A DNA stretch of 64,000 bases from an uncultured Bacteroidota bacterium (GCA_963713725.1 CAVQMZ010000015.1:269027-333026); one strand, 5' to 3'. Shown: positions 7,893 to 17,112, counted from the stretch's first letter. The notes: generated from the sequence alone by a model not told the origin. Program-made: numbers and translations.

Positions 7893-9683
7893 ATGTCCAA
7901 CAAACTATCCCAATTCTGGCAGGAGCTAAAACGACGTAAAGTTCTCCGTTCACTGGCCATCTACGCAGGTACTGCCTTTATCATCCTTGAAGCCTCCTCC
8001 ATCATTTTCCCACTTTGGGATTTTCCAGAATGGAGCATCAACCTGGTGCTTTGGCTTCTGATTCTGGGCGCATTTATCAATGTGATCATCGCCTGGATTT
8101 ATGACATCACCGCGGGAGGTATGCGAAGGACCAAGCCCATGGAAGAGGTCACCCCGGAAGAAAGAATTCCAGATTCCAGAGTATGGAAAGCTGCCACCTA
8201 TATCAGCCTGGTGGTGATTGTTGGTTTGATTGTTCTGAATATTGTGGGTGGAGGCAAACAGTTACGTGCAGGTGACATCGAGTCTTTGGTAATCCTTCCT
8301 TTTGAAAACTTTACCGGGGACGATCAGCTCGATAACATGGTTTCCAGCATGCACTCTTTGCTTTGTGGAGATATGGGCAGGATTAGTGGATTACGGGTGA
8401 TAGGAAAGACTTCCTCAAAAGTTTACAAGGACACTGATTTGTCTGCAAAAGACATAGCCAGGGAATTGAACGTGGATGCAGTGTTGGAGCCGACGATAAT
8501 GTGCCTGGGGGATAGTGTTTGCATGCAGTTCAGGTTGGTAAGCACTACCGGAGAGGAAGATCAAATCTGGGTTGGTGATTACAGGGAGGATAAAAGACAG
8601 ATCCTGAATCTGTTTAACAGGCTTACAAGGCAGGTCGCTGATGAAGTAATGATCGAATTAACTCCTGAAGAAGAGCGATTGCTTGCCAAATCAAGATCAG
8701 TTGATAGGGAAGCCTATGATGCCTATCTGAAAGCCCGCTATTACGTGAATGATTTCAGTAAGGAATCCTTATTCAAAGCACTGGATTATCTGAATAGTGC
8801 CATCGAGAAAGAACCAGACTGGGCACCCCTGTATGGAGGTCTGGCAGAGCTCTGGATGAATATACAACTGGGAGGGTACGAATCACCTTCTGTTGCTGCT
8901 CCTAAAATCTCCGAGAACCTCAATAAGGCCATTGAACTGGATCCGGATCTTGCACAAGTCCATTATCTCTCTGCTATGAACGCTCATTGGGTGGAATGGA
9001 ACTGGGAAAAGAGCGAAAAAGAATTCCTGAAGACCCTGGCCATAAATCCCAATGACTCATGGGCAAGATTGTTGTATTCACAGTTATTATTGATTCTGCA
9101 AAGGAATGATGAAGCATTGGCGCAAATAGAATTGGCAGCAGGCCTGGATCCTTTGAATCCTGCTGAGAAATTGTTGTATTCAGGAACACTGATACAGGCT
9201 GGCGATTTTGCAGCTGCCTTGTCTGTCGCAGAGGAACTTGTGGCCGATGATCCGATGGACATGAATGCGAAAGGGATGCTTGAAATAGCAGCTTACAACT
9301 TAGGCGAGTACGACGAAGTAATCAAATCTCTGAAACATAAACTGCCGTTTTCAGAAGATGTTTATGAGGGGATTGTGAGGATTTATAATGAATCCGGGAT
9401 CGTAGCGGCATATGAAGAATTAATGAAACATATGGAGAAGTATGCGGAAAATATTCCTATCGGGTGGGCTGGTATGGCCGGAGGGTACATCATTGCCAAT
9501 CAACCTGATAAGGCCATGGATTGGATTGAGAAAGGATTTGAAGCGCATGATCCGCAAATCACATATATAACCGCAACAGGGCGGTTTTATGAACAGTTGT
9601 TCGGGAATCCCAGATTTATTGCCATTTGTAAAAAAATGAACCTGCCTTTGCCGGAGGACAAAAGGAATCTTGGAATCATTTGA
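7893..9683 (+). CDS. Membrane-anchored TPR-repeat protein, cassette-encoded
   Basis: 596 aa. The N-terminal FWQELKRRKVLRSLAIYAGTAFIILE motif is followed by two TM segments, then an LVILPFENFTGDDQLD block (TolB-N-like), then a C-terminal half rich in TPR-like helices. Confidence 0.6.
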   Translation: MSNKLSQFWQELKRRKVLRSLAIYAGTAFIILEASSIIFPLWDFPEWSINLVLWLLILGAFINVIIAWIYDITAGGMRRTKPMEEVTPEERIPDSRVWKAATYISLVVIVGLIVLNIVGGGKQLRAGDIESLVILPFENFTGDDQLDNMVSSMHSLLCGDMGRISGLRVIGKTSSKVYKDTDLSAKDIARELNVDAVLEPTIMCLGDSVCMQFRLVSTTGEEDQIWVGDYREDKRQILNLFNRLTRQVADEVMIELTPEEERLLAKSRSVDREAYDAYLKARYYVNDFSKESLFKALDYLNSAIEKEPDWAPLYGGLAELWMNIQLGGYESPSVAAPKISENLNKAIELDPDLAQVHYLSAMNAHWVEWNWEKSEKEFLKTLAINPNDSWARLLYSQLLLILQRNDEALAQIELAAGLDPLNPAEKLLYSGTLIQAGDFAAALSVAEELVADDPMDMNAKGMLEIAAYNLGEYDEVIKSLKHKLPFSEDVYEGIVRIYNESGIVAAYEELMKHMEKYAENIPIGWAGMAGGYIIANQPDKAMDWIEKGFEAHDPQITYITATGRFYEQLFGNPRFIAICKKMNLPLPEDKRNLGII

Positions 9684-9846
9684 TCCAAATATCAGGCCGA
9701 GCAAGAAAGGATCAGGCGATGGTTGGAGAATGAGATGCTATAATTCAACATTTTCTTTGCTACAGATTGGATAAAAATAATCAAGGCCATTAGGAAAGTT
9801 GTTAAGGGATAATCATTTATTGTAAAATCTGATTATGGAATCTACA

Positions 9847-9982
9847 ACAGCTAACATTGAGTAAACTCCATTTGCCATGTCACACTTTTTGCACCCCAGA
9901 ATCACAGGTAACTGAGAAATCCTTAAATTGGCAAAAAGGTGTGCCATCTGGCAAACAGTAATTTACTCCGGCCGTTATGGGC
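9847..9982 (+). other. attC5
   Basis: ACAGCTAAC-attgagtaaactccatttgccatgtcac...ggcaaacagtaatttactccggcc-GTTATGGGC. The roughly 105-nt core is identical to attC6. Confidence 0.8.
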
Positions 9983-10156
9983 AAGCATTTGAGGGCAAAT
10001 AACTAATTCGAAAGACTTGTGAAATGTACTGAAATAACTAACCTTCAGATACAGAGAATACCAGTATGATTGGAATCCACTGCGATACAATCAGATAAAC
10101 CATGACCGTTTGATGATAAGGCTATAGTTTTTTAGAAAGTCTGCTTGTTTCAATAT

Positions 10157-10765
10157 CTAATAAGTAATCTCTCCTTCTCCAGTAAAACTCCACCGGCCTT
10201 CAGCATCAGTATATCCATACATAAGGAAATACCCGTTGGCATCCTGGTATTTTTCCGTACCTCCAATAATCGTGTAAGGATAAAAAAGATTGGGCGGATT
10301 CTCCAAATCGGGGTAAGGAATTCCCATCATCGTATGAATCTCACTTCCGCATGCAGCCGTTATAAATCCATAAACAGGGCTCATAAAAGTACCATCCCAG
10401 TCCATGCAGGCCAGGTTCTGAACTTTGAACAAACCGAGATGAGTGGCAATTCCGCTGCCCTCGATAACCATCTGTAATGGTGCCGGGATCCCGGCACAGT
10501 ATCCCGCATCTGGCACAATGCTAAATGTTCCGGTTGATCTTTTAAATTCAATGCTTTTTGTTAAAGCTTTCTTTCCTGATTTTGCGGATTTTAACGCAGC
10601 CTGCAGATCAAAATCATCTGCCTGGTATTGATTAAAGGCTCTAATGTATGGTTCAAGTACAAAATCGGTCTCTTCAACCATTCTTTCCCGGGTATCCAGA
10701 ATCTCATCCTGGCAGGAGGAAGATAACAGCATAATTCCGATAAGGAATAAAACATTCTTTTTCAT
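10157..10765 (-). CDS. Lipoprotein of unknown function
   Basis: 202 aa. MKKNVLFLIGIMLLSSSCQDE is a lipobox signal peptide. It lies downstream of the kinase gene on the same strand. Confidence 0.55.
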   Translation of the reverse strand: MKKNVLFLIGIMLLSSSCQDEILDTRERMVEETDFVLEPYIRAFNQYQADDFDLQAALKSAKSGKKALTKSIEFKRSTGTFSIVPDAGYCAGIPAPLQMVIEGSGIATHLGLFKVQNLACMDWDGTFMSPVYGFITAACGSEIHTMMGIPYPDLENPPNLFYPYTIIGGTEKYQDANGYFLMYGYTDAEGRWSFTGEGEITY

Positions 10766-10895
10766 GATCTGGTGGTTTTATATTTTTAAACAAACTGCCT
10801 GCAAGCAGACAAGTATCCCAATAAAGGTACTTCAGACATCCAAGCCCTGCTTTGCTCAGAATCTCAAATGTTTTGGAAATTGTCTCAATTACAGA

Positions 10896-13073
10896 TTATT
10901 GGACGGACTTCACTACTTCACTCGGTGAATAACCAAACTCTTCCCTGAATGTAGTACTGAAATGGGATAAATTTTTAAAACCCGAGGCCAGGGCAGCTTC
11001 CGTGACATTTGAAGCCCTGCTTTCCAGCATTACTTTTGCCTTGTACAGGCGATATGACCTGATGTAGCGGCCAATGGACATGTTTGTTAGTGCAGTGAAT
11101 TTGCGATAAAGCTGAGGACGGCTCATCCCGATGGAGGAGCAAATATCAGTCACACCGAAATTTTCCATATGCAGCTTTCCATCCAGGAGCTTGTTTATTT
11201 TGTCCAGGAAAATAAGTTCCTGCTTGTAGGCATTATTATCCTGATGCGTTTGCAGTGGAACTACCTTTAGCTTATCCTGCATTTTGCGCCTGGCAATAAG
11301 CAGGTTATTCAGCTTGAGGAATAGTTCTTTTTCATTGAAAGGTTTAACAAGGAAATGGTCCGCACCAATTTCAAGCCCCTTTATTTTTGATTGAAAATCA
11401 CCCCTGGCCGTAAGGACTACAACCGGAATATGATCTGTATGGATATCAGTCTTCAGTTGATCGAGCAATTCATATCCATCCATTTTCGGCATCATAATAT
11501 CGGTGAGGATAATATCGGGTATTATCTGAAGTGCCTTTTCAAATCCTTGTTCCCCGTTGGAAGCTATTTCGATTATGAATTGATTTTCAAGCACTGACAC
11601 CATATATTCCACTACGTCGTTATTATCATCAACAATCAGGAGAATAGGTTTATCGGGGGACATAACGGCCCTGATTTCCTGATCCTTACCCGGATCCCTG
11701 GTTGGCAGTACATGCTGAGAAGCAGAAGGATTCAGCAGTGAAATGCCATGATCTGCATCCTCCCGGGCTTCTCTGGTAGCCGGCAGACTCACTACGAATT
11801 CCGATCCCTCATTCACCTTGCTCTCAACCCGTATTTCTCCCTTCATCATATGTACCAGTTCCCTCGTAAGTGTAAGGCCGAGACCTGTACCAGGGGTCTC
11901 TTCGTCAATATCCGGAACTTGATAGAATCGTTCGAAGATGTATTTAACAGCTTCCGTTGGTATCCCTTTCCCTGTATCCCTGACATGAATATTCACTGTT
12001 TCCGTATCTCCTTGTGTTCTATTAAATACTTCAACATCTATATGACCACCCGGGGGAGTGAATTTAATGGCATTCGATACGAGGTTGCTAATGATGTGCA
12101 TCAGCTTATCGGGATCGTAGTCCATTTGCAGAGAAACATTGTCTGTTTTAAACTTCAATGTAATGTTCTGGCTTTCGGCAAGGCCATGGAAAGATCCGGT
12201 AAGGTATTTTATATACTTAACAATATCGCCCTGAATGAGATCCAGGTGCATGCTCCCGGCCTCAATCTTGCTGATATTCAGCATTTGGTTCACCAGCCTC
12301 AGAAGAATCTGGCTTTGCATTCTTATTTTGCCAGGTCCCTCTTTCAGCCATTTATCTTTGTGATTTTCCATCTGCTCAGCAATTCCTGAAATGACCGTGA
12401 GCGGAGTACGGAATTCGTGAGACACATTGGTGTAGAGCCGGGTTTTTGCTTCGTCAATTTTTCTTAAACTGTCGGCTTCTCGTTTTTCATAGCGGTTTTT
12501 ATCTTTCATAAATAGGATCACAAGGAACAGCATGCAGGCATTTATCCAGAGATTAAGTACGACGAAGAGAATGGTATTTGTCCTGTATGAAAAGTCTGAT
12601 GGTATTTCTAAATATGGTTGGAGAATACCCGTTAGAACTATGGTCGCACCGTACAAAAGGAAAATTCCAACTGTCCAGCGGATTTTTCCTGCCAGCACCG
12701 ATCCCATGGCACAGTTAATCCCTATAAAAACCAAACCATTGGATGTTTCGAGTCCGCCAAACTTCAACATGGCAAAAAATATCGCAATGATGAAGTAAGA
12801 GAACAAAATGTTCATGACCAGGTCGAAACGCCTCAACCTCCTGAAAAGAGGGAAAGCAACCGCATAGCCCATTAAGAAAGCAGGACCCGCCCACCAGGCC
12901 TGTAATACATCCAGAACAAGAAACAATATGGTTGAAAAGATAACTCCGATACAGGTTACAACCATCCATATCCAGGCCCAACGCTTACGAAGAAGTGCCT
13001 CTGACTCAAGCCTTGAATCTGCAAGGTACCGGTCGATCCACGCAAGGATCTCCTGTTTCGAATATAATTTCAT
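10896..13073 (-). CDS. Hybrid sensor histidine kinase / response regulator with C-terminal AraC-type HTH
   Basis: About six N-terminal TM helices, HisKA H-box SHEFRTPLT, HATPase N/G boxes (NAIKFTPPGG, DTGKGI, GTGLGLTL), receiver domain (LLIVDDNNDV...DIMMPKMDG...LTAR...KPF), and AraC HTH (SHFSTTFREEFGYSPSE). The start is taken at MKLYSK; the ORF extends to 13088. Confidence 0.85.
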   Translation of the reverse strand: MKLYSKQEILAWIDRYLADSRLESEALLRKRWAWIWMVVTCIGVIFSTILFLVLDVLQAWWAGPAFLMGYAVAFPLFRRLRRFDLVMNILFSYFIIAIFFAMLKFGGLETSNGLVFIGINCAMGSVLAGKIRWTVGIFLLYGATIVLTGILQPYLEIPSDFSYRTNTILFVVLNLWINACMLFLVILFMKDKNRYEKREADSLRKIDEAKTRLYTNVSHEFRTPLTVISGIAEQMENHKDKWLKEGPGKIRMQSQILLRLVNQMLNISKIEAGSMHLDLIQGDIVKYIKYLTGSFHGLAESQNITLKFKTDNVSLQMDYDPDKLMHIISNLVSNAIKFTPPGGHIDVEVFNRTQGDTETVNIHVRDTGKGIPTEAVKYIFERFYQVPDIDEETPGTGLGLTLTRELVHMMKGEIRVESKVNEGSEFVVSLPATREAREDADHGISLLNPSASQHVLPTRDPGKDQEIRAVMSPDKPILLIVDDNNDVVEYMVSVLENQFIIEIASNGEQGFEKALQIIPDIILTDIMMPKMDGYELLDQLKTDIHTDHIPVVVLTARGDFQSKIKGLEIGADHFLVKPFNEKELFLKLNNLLIARRKMQDKLKVVPLQTHQDNNAYKQELIFLDKINKLLDGKLHMENFGVTDICSSIGMSRPQLYRKFTALTNMSIGRYIRSYRLYKAKVMLESRASNVTEAALASGFKNLSHFSTTFREEFGYSPSEVVKSVQ

Positions 13074-13133
13074 TGCTGCCCCATACAAGTTACCATAAAT
13101 TATTCATTAATAAAACAATAGGGAAACATGCAT

Positions 13134-13269
13134 GCCCATAACATAGAGTAAATTCCATTTGCCATGTCACACTTTTTGCACCCCAGAATCACAGGTAACT
13201 GAGAAATCCTTAAATTGGCAAAAAGGTGTGCCATCTGGCAAACAGTAATTTACTCTAACCGTTATGAGC
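13134..13269 (+). other. attC6
   Basis: GCCCATAAC-atagagtaaattccatttgccatgtcac...ggcaaacagtaatttactctaacc-GTTATGAGC. Confidence 0.8.
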
Positions 13270-13296
13270 AATTCAAAAAAAAATGAACCATTCTGA

Positions 13297-14340
13297 ATGA
13301 ATATGACAAAAAAACAAATAAAACGAATTCTCAGAATAGTATTTATTATGGCAAGCATATCCTCCCTGTTCTTTGTACCATGGCTTTTGGTAAAGGCGTG
13401 GATACTTCCGCTACCGGATACGGTTCAGGAACAGTTAGATGAGGCCATTGGTCATGGATTTGACGGAATGATTGTTTATGTAGACCAAGCTGGTAAACCA
13501 CCTCAGTATTTTGCTTCCGGCTGGCACGATCGAGAATCCAAGATACCTGCCAAACCTCAAGCCCTATTTAAGATTGCCAGCATCAGCAAGCTATATGATG
13601 CTGTGGCTGTCACCAAATTGGTAAGTGATGGACGTCTTTCTTTGGATAAAACCATCGCCGATTATTTACCGGAGCTTGTAGGAAGAATTGAAAACGCTGA
13701 GAAAATTACCTTGAGGTTGATGATACAGCATAGAAGTGGCATTCCCAATTTTACGGACGCTCCGAATTTTTGGGCAGCTCCAACAGAGACCTATGAAGAA
13801 AGTCTTGCATTGATTCTGGACAAGCCGGCCAACTTTGAACCCGGTGAAGACTATGAATATTGTAATACAAATTATCTGTTAATCAATAAGATAATGGATG
13901 ATGCGCTAGGTTATGGGAACTTTCAATTCATTCAGGAAGAAATTCTAATGCCGCTAAATCTTAACAATACCTTCGGTTCGCTAAGTGAAGTGAATATAGA
14001 CGATGTGATGAGTGGCTATCATGTAGGACATCCCTTTGATTTAAAGGCAGACGAACATGGCATGTTAGCCACAGCAGAAGACGTGGGTACTTTCCTAAGG
14101 GCATTGAACGATGGATCATTGTTTGAACAGGGAGAACAGGAAATATATTCTTCCATTTATGAGTATGAACATGCAGGTTGGGTTCCGGGATACCAGAGTT
14201 TTGCAAAATATCACAAAGACCTTGATGCTGTTGTTATTGAGTTCTACAGCACAACCGATCCTAAACTGTACAATTGGAACTTGTCAGAAATCATAAATAA
14301 TAGAATTGTTAAAATACTGAAAAGGCAAAAAAGCTCATAA
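13297..14340 (+). CDS. Serine hydrolase, beta-lactamase/transpeptidase fold (class C-like), cassette-encoded
   Basis: 347 aa with an N-terminal TM/signal segment and an S-x-x-K motif (FKIASISKLYDAV). The stop codon overlaps the attC7 inverse core. Confidence 0.75.
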   Translation: MNMTKKQIKRILRIVFIMASISSLFFVPWLLVKAWILPLPDTVQEQLDEAIGHGFDGMIVYVDQAGKPPQYFASGWHDRESKIPAKPQALFKIASISKLYDAVAVTKLVSDGRLSLDKTIADYLPELVGRIENAEKITLRLMIQHRSGIPNFTDAPNFWAAPTETYEESLALILDKPANFEPGEDYEYCNTNYLLINKIMDDALGYGNFQFIQEEILMPLNLNNTFGSLSEVNIDDVMSGYHVGHPFDLKADEHGMLATAEDVGTFLRALNDGSLFEQGEQEIYSSIYEYEHAGWVPGYQSFAKYHKDLDAVVIEFYSTTDPKLYNWNLSEIINNRIVKILKRQKSS

Positions 14341-14466
14341 CACTAGGTAAACTCCATTTGCTATGTCACACATTTTGCACCACAATATCCAAACTCAACC
14401 AAGAGCATTACCGTATGCAAAATGGTGCGCCATTAGCAAACGTTAGTATACTCAAACCGTTATTGC
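14333..14466 (+). other. attC7 (its GTT core is interrupted by, or abuts, the group II intron)
   Basis: GCTCATAAC-actaggtaaactccatttgctatgtcac...gccattagcaaacgttagtatactcaaacc-GTTATTGC. It belongs to the same subfamily as attC1. Confidence 0.75.
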
Positions 14467-15114
14467 GACACGAAGTCGTATAAATGATAGTTTTACTAAG
14501 ATTCAGTTCTTTGATAAAACCTGCTGTTTCCCCAGCAGTACCCTACCGGGACAACTGATGTATGGTGCAGCCATTATTGGTTGAAGCTCCCTGGAAATTG
14601 TACCAAACGTTTGGGTCGAGTATCCTTAAAACGGGGCTGAAAACCGTGAGGTGGATAGTCCTCGGAGTCTCAAAGCCGATTTAGGGCATGGGTTTATGGG
14701 TATGGCTAAAGTAATTGAACACTCCGCAACTGCCGTGATCACGTAGGGAGCGAAAAAGAGAATGACACGCTCTTAACCAAAAGGTAGGCTGGCAAGTTAT
14801 AAGCGTTTAACGCAGCTTATACGGGAACGTAGCCCAGTCGGCAGACAGGATGAGCCTAACCTCATTATTTTGTCATTTATACGGAACGTGGAAGCCCGAC
14901 GCTCTCTCCCAACTACCTCGTGCAGGTAACAGGGATAAAACCGTAACCGCAAGGCATCGGGAAACGTCGGACAGAGAAGTTGGAACAAGCGAATGCTGCA
15001 TTGTAATGGTGCAGATAGCAGTTGAGATATCACTGCGGACGAAAGTTCTGCTGACCTCCAACCGGTGCTTTTTGGCAAGAAAACTTTATAGAACCTGTCA
15101 ATGGTAGAAAGCAA

Positions 15115-16639
15115 ATGAACGAGGATGTAAATCTTTCGTGTGCAATACCACACCACACTGATAACTGGCACAGCATTATCTGGCGTCAGGTTATCCAAAG
15201 GGTGCGCAGGCTGCAAAGGAGGATCGCCAAGGCTGTGAAAGAAGGTCGTTGGGGCAAAGCTAAAGCCCTGATGTACCTGGTATCCAAATCATTTTATGCT
15301 AAGTTGCTGGCCGTATTTAGAGTAAGCTCCAATAAGGGAAGTACTACTCCGGGAGTGGACAAGATCGTTTGGATAAACGACCATGCAAAACTCCAGGCAG
15401 CCAGAAGCCTCAAAGCAAGAGGCTATACTCCAAAGCCTCTTCGAAGGGTGTATATCCTGAAGAAGAATGGCAAGAAACGACCATTGAGCATACCATCAAT
15501 GCATGACAGGGCGATGCAAGCCCTGTATGCCATAGCGCTTGATCCTGTTGCTGAGACAACAGCTGACCCGAACTCTTATGGGTTCAGGGAGAAAAGGTCA
15601 TGTGCTGATGCTATCGCCCAATGCTTTTTGTCGTTGTGTAGGAAAACGTCATCTCAGTGGGTGTTTGAAGCAGATATTAAATCTTGCTTTGACCAAATCG
15701 ATCATGATTGGATAATGGAGAATATCCCATCAACAAAACCATCCTCAAAAAATGGTTGAAGTCGGGATACATCGAAAAAAACTCTGTTTCCAACTAAAAG
15801 AGGAACGCCACAGGGCGGTACAATTCCCCTACGATCATGAATATGGTTCTGGATGGTATGGAAATGCTATTAAGAAACACTTCCCTCGGTGGAAAGGACA
15901 AAAAGTAAACTTCATCCGATATGCGGATGACTTTGTGATCACTGCTTCCACATACGAAGCACTGAAATATGAAGTAATCCCTCTGGTGAAGGATTTTCTC
16001 TCTGTGAGAGGGCTCTCCCTCTCCAAAGATAAATCCAAAATCACCCATATCAACGATGGATTTGACTTTTTATCACAAAATATCCGAAAATACAAGGGTA
16101 AATTGTTGATACGTCCCTCCAGGGAGCCTATCCAGTCTTTCAAGGATAAGTTGAAAGACATACTCAGGAGAAACAGGGGAATCCCTGCCCATGGACTAAT
16201 CCGGCTACTTAACCCTGTTATCAGGGGGTGGTCGAATTACCATAAAGGGATATGTTCCAAACTCACCTTCTACAAGTTGGGGACTTTCATTTATTGGCAA
16301 TTAAAACGGTGGGCGAAATACCAGCACGGAAATAAGAACCGACGCTGGATACATAGGCGATACTTCTTAAACACACATTTTACTGACACCAGGACCTCTG
16401 ACAAGGGTAAAGACGTATATCGGCTTTATCGAATTGGTCATGTTCCTATAAGGTATCATGTGAAGATCAGAAGCCTTGCCAATCCCTACCTGCCGGTATA
16501 TGACAAGTACTTTTTCCAACGCAGAGCTTGTAGAGATCTCTTAGCAAAAGAATGTAAACAAATCACTACTTTTAGTGGTAAGGAAACCAACGTTAACAGC
16601 CGGGTGTCCCCGCATGGGGCACGCCTTAAAAGCGCTTGA
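15115..16639 (+). pseudogene. Group II intron reverse transcriptase/maturase, four frameshifts, no endonuclease domain evident
   Basis: RT blocks are present: RRVYILKKNGKKRPLSIPSMHDRAMQ, YGFREKRSCADA, FEADIKSCFDQIDHD, (frame changes) TPQGGTISPTIMNMVLDG, FIRYADDFVI. The maturase X block is LNPVIRGWSNYH. Frame changes occur near 15727, 15785, 15825 and 15868. Confidence 0.85.
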
Positions 16640-16696
16640 GCCATATGCGACGAAAGCCGCACGTAGGGTTCTTAGGGGGCGTAAGCTACCCGGTTT
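16638..16696 (+). ncRNA. Group II intron domains V and VI
   Basis: Domain V is 34 nt with the AGC triad and a GAAA tetraloop. Domain VI is GGGGGC-GTAA-GCT[A]CCC with a GNRA loop and a bulged A at 16688, the candidate branch point, 7-8 nt before 16695/16696. Confidence 0.7.
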
Positions 16697-16732
16697 GCTC
16701 ACATACTGGTTCTCCACTCTTGTAATCTCAAT

Positions 16733-16763
16733 TTTGATATATGTAACTTATAAGTTACCTTTG
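16733..16763 (+). promoter_or_regulatory. Second copy of the TA cassette promoter and operator
   Basis: TTTG, then 19 nt, then TACCTTTG, with the same 16-bp palindrome GTAACTTATAAGTTAC at 16743-16758. Confidence 0.55.
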
Positions 16764-16767
16764 TTCT

Positions 16768-17112
16768 ATGAAGAAGGTTAGAGAGGTAATCGCCTATAAG
16801 CATTATTTCGAGTCTTTCTTGCGAAAGCAAAATACAAAAGTGCAAGACAAGATTTACAAAGTCATCGAGATTATTGAAACTTATGAGCGTGTCCCATCAA
16901 CCTACCTCAAATATCTTAAAGGTACGGATGGTCTTTATGAGGCAAGAATAAAGCTTGGCTCAAATATCTGGAGAGTGTTTTGCTTTTTCGATGAAGGCAA
17001 ATTGGTGATTCTCTTAAATGGCTTTTCGAAGAAGTCACAGAAGACTCCTCAGAATGAGATAAATAAGGCTATTCGTTTAATGAAAATGTATTATGAAGAA
17101 AAAACAAAATAA
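16768..17112 (+). CDS. Type II toxin, Gp49-like RelE/ParE superfamily (second copy)
   Basis: The 114-aa product is identical to that of 5528-5872 except E2K. I counted seven synonymous nucleotide differences. Confidence 0.8.
   Translation: MKKVREVIAYKHYFESFLRKQNTKVQDKIYKVIEIIETYERVPSTYLKYLKGTDGLYEARIKLGSNIWRVFCFFDEGKLVILLNGFSKKSQKTPQNEINKAIRLMKMYYEEKTK

Larger units (their letters stand above)
14463..16702 (+). mobile_element. Group II intron; boundaries are approximate (5' end +/-3 nt; 3' end between 16695 and 16702)
   Basis: The 5' end reads TTGCGACACGAAGTCG, which resembles GUGCGAC but has U at position 1. About 650 nt of ORF-free sequence follows, then an RT/maturase ORF, then domain V at 16638-16671 (GAGCCATATGCGACGAAAGCCGCACGTAGGGTTC) and a domain VI hairpin. 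The flanks resume the cassette sequence seen uninterrupted at 5454-5475. Confidence 0.8.

Noticed and set aside
11748-12389. 213-aa ORF on the plus strand
   Set aside because: It lies entirely antisense within the well-supported histidine kinase gene and has no recognisable motifs. The same reasoning applies to 11391-11597, 12532-12798 and 12715-12981.
13297-14340. Calling the cassette serine hydrolase an antibiotic-resistance beta-lactamase
   Set aside because: Only the fold-level SxxK motif is visible. Family VIII esterases and DD-peptidases share it, so no resistance claim can be made from sequence alone.
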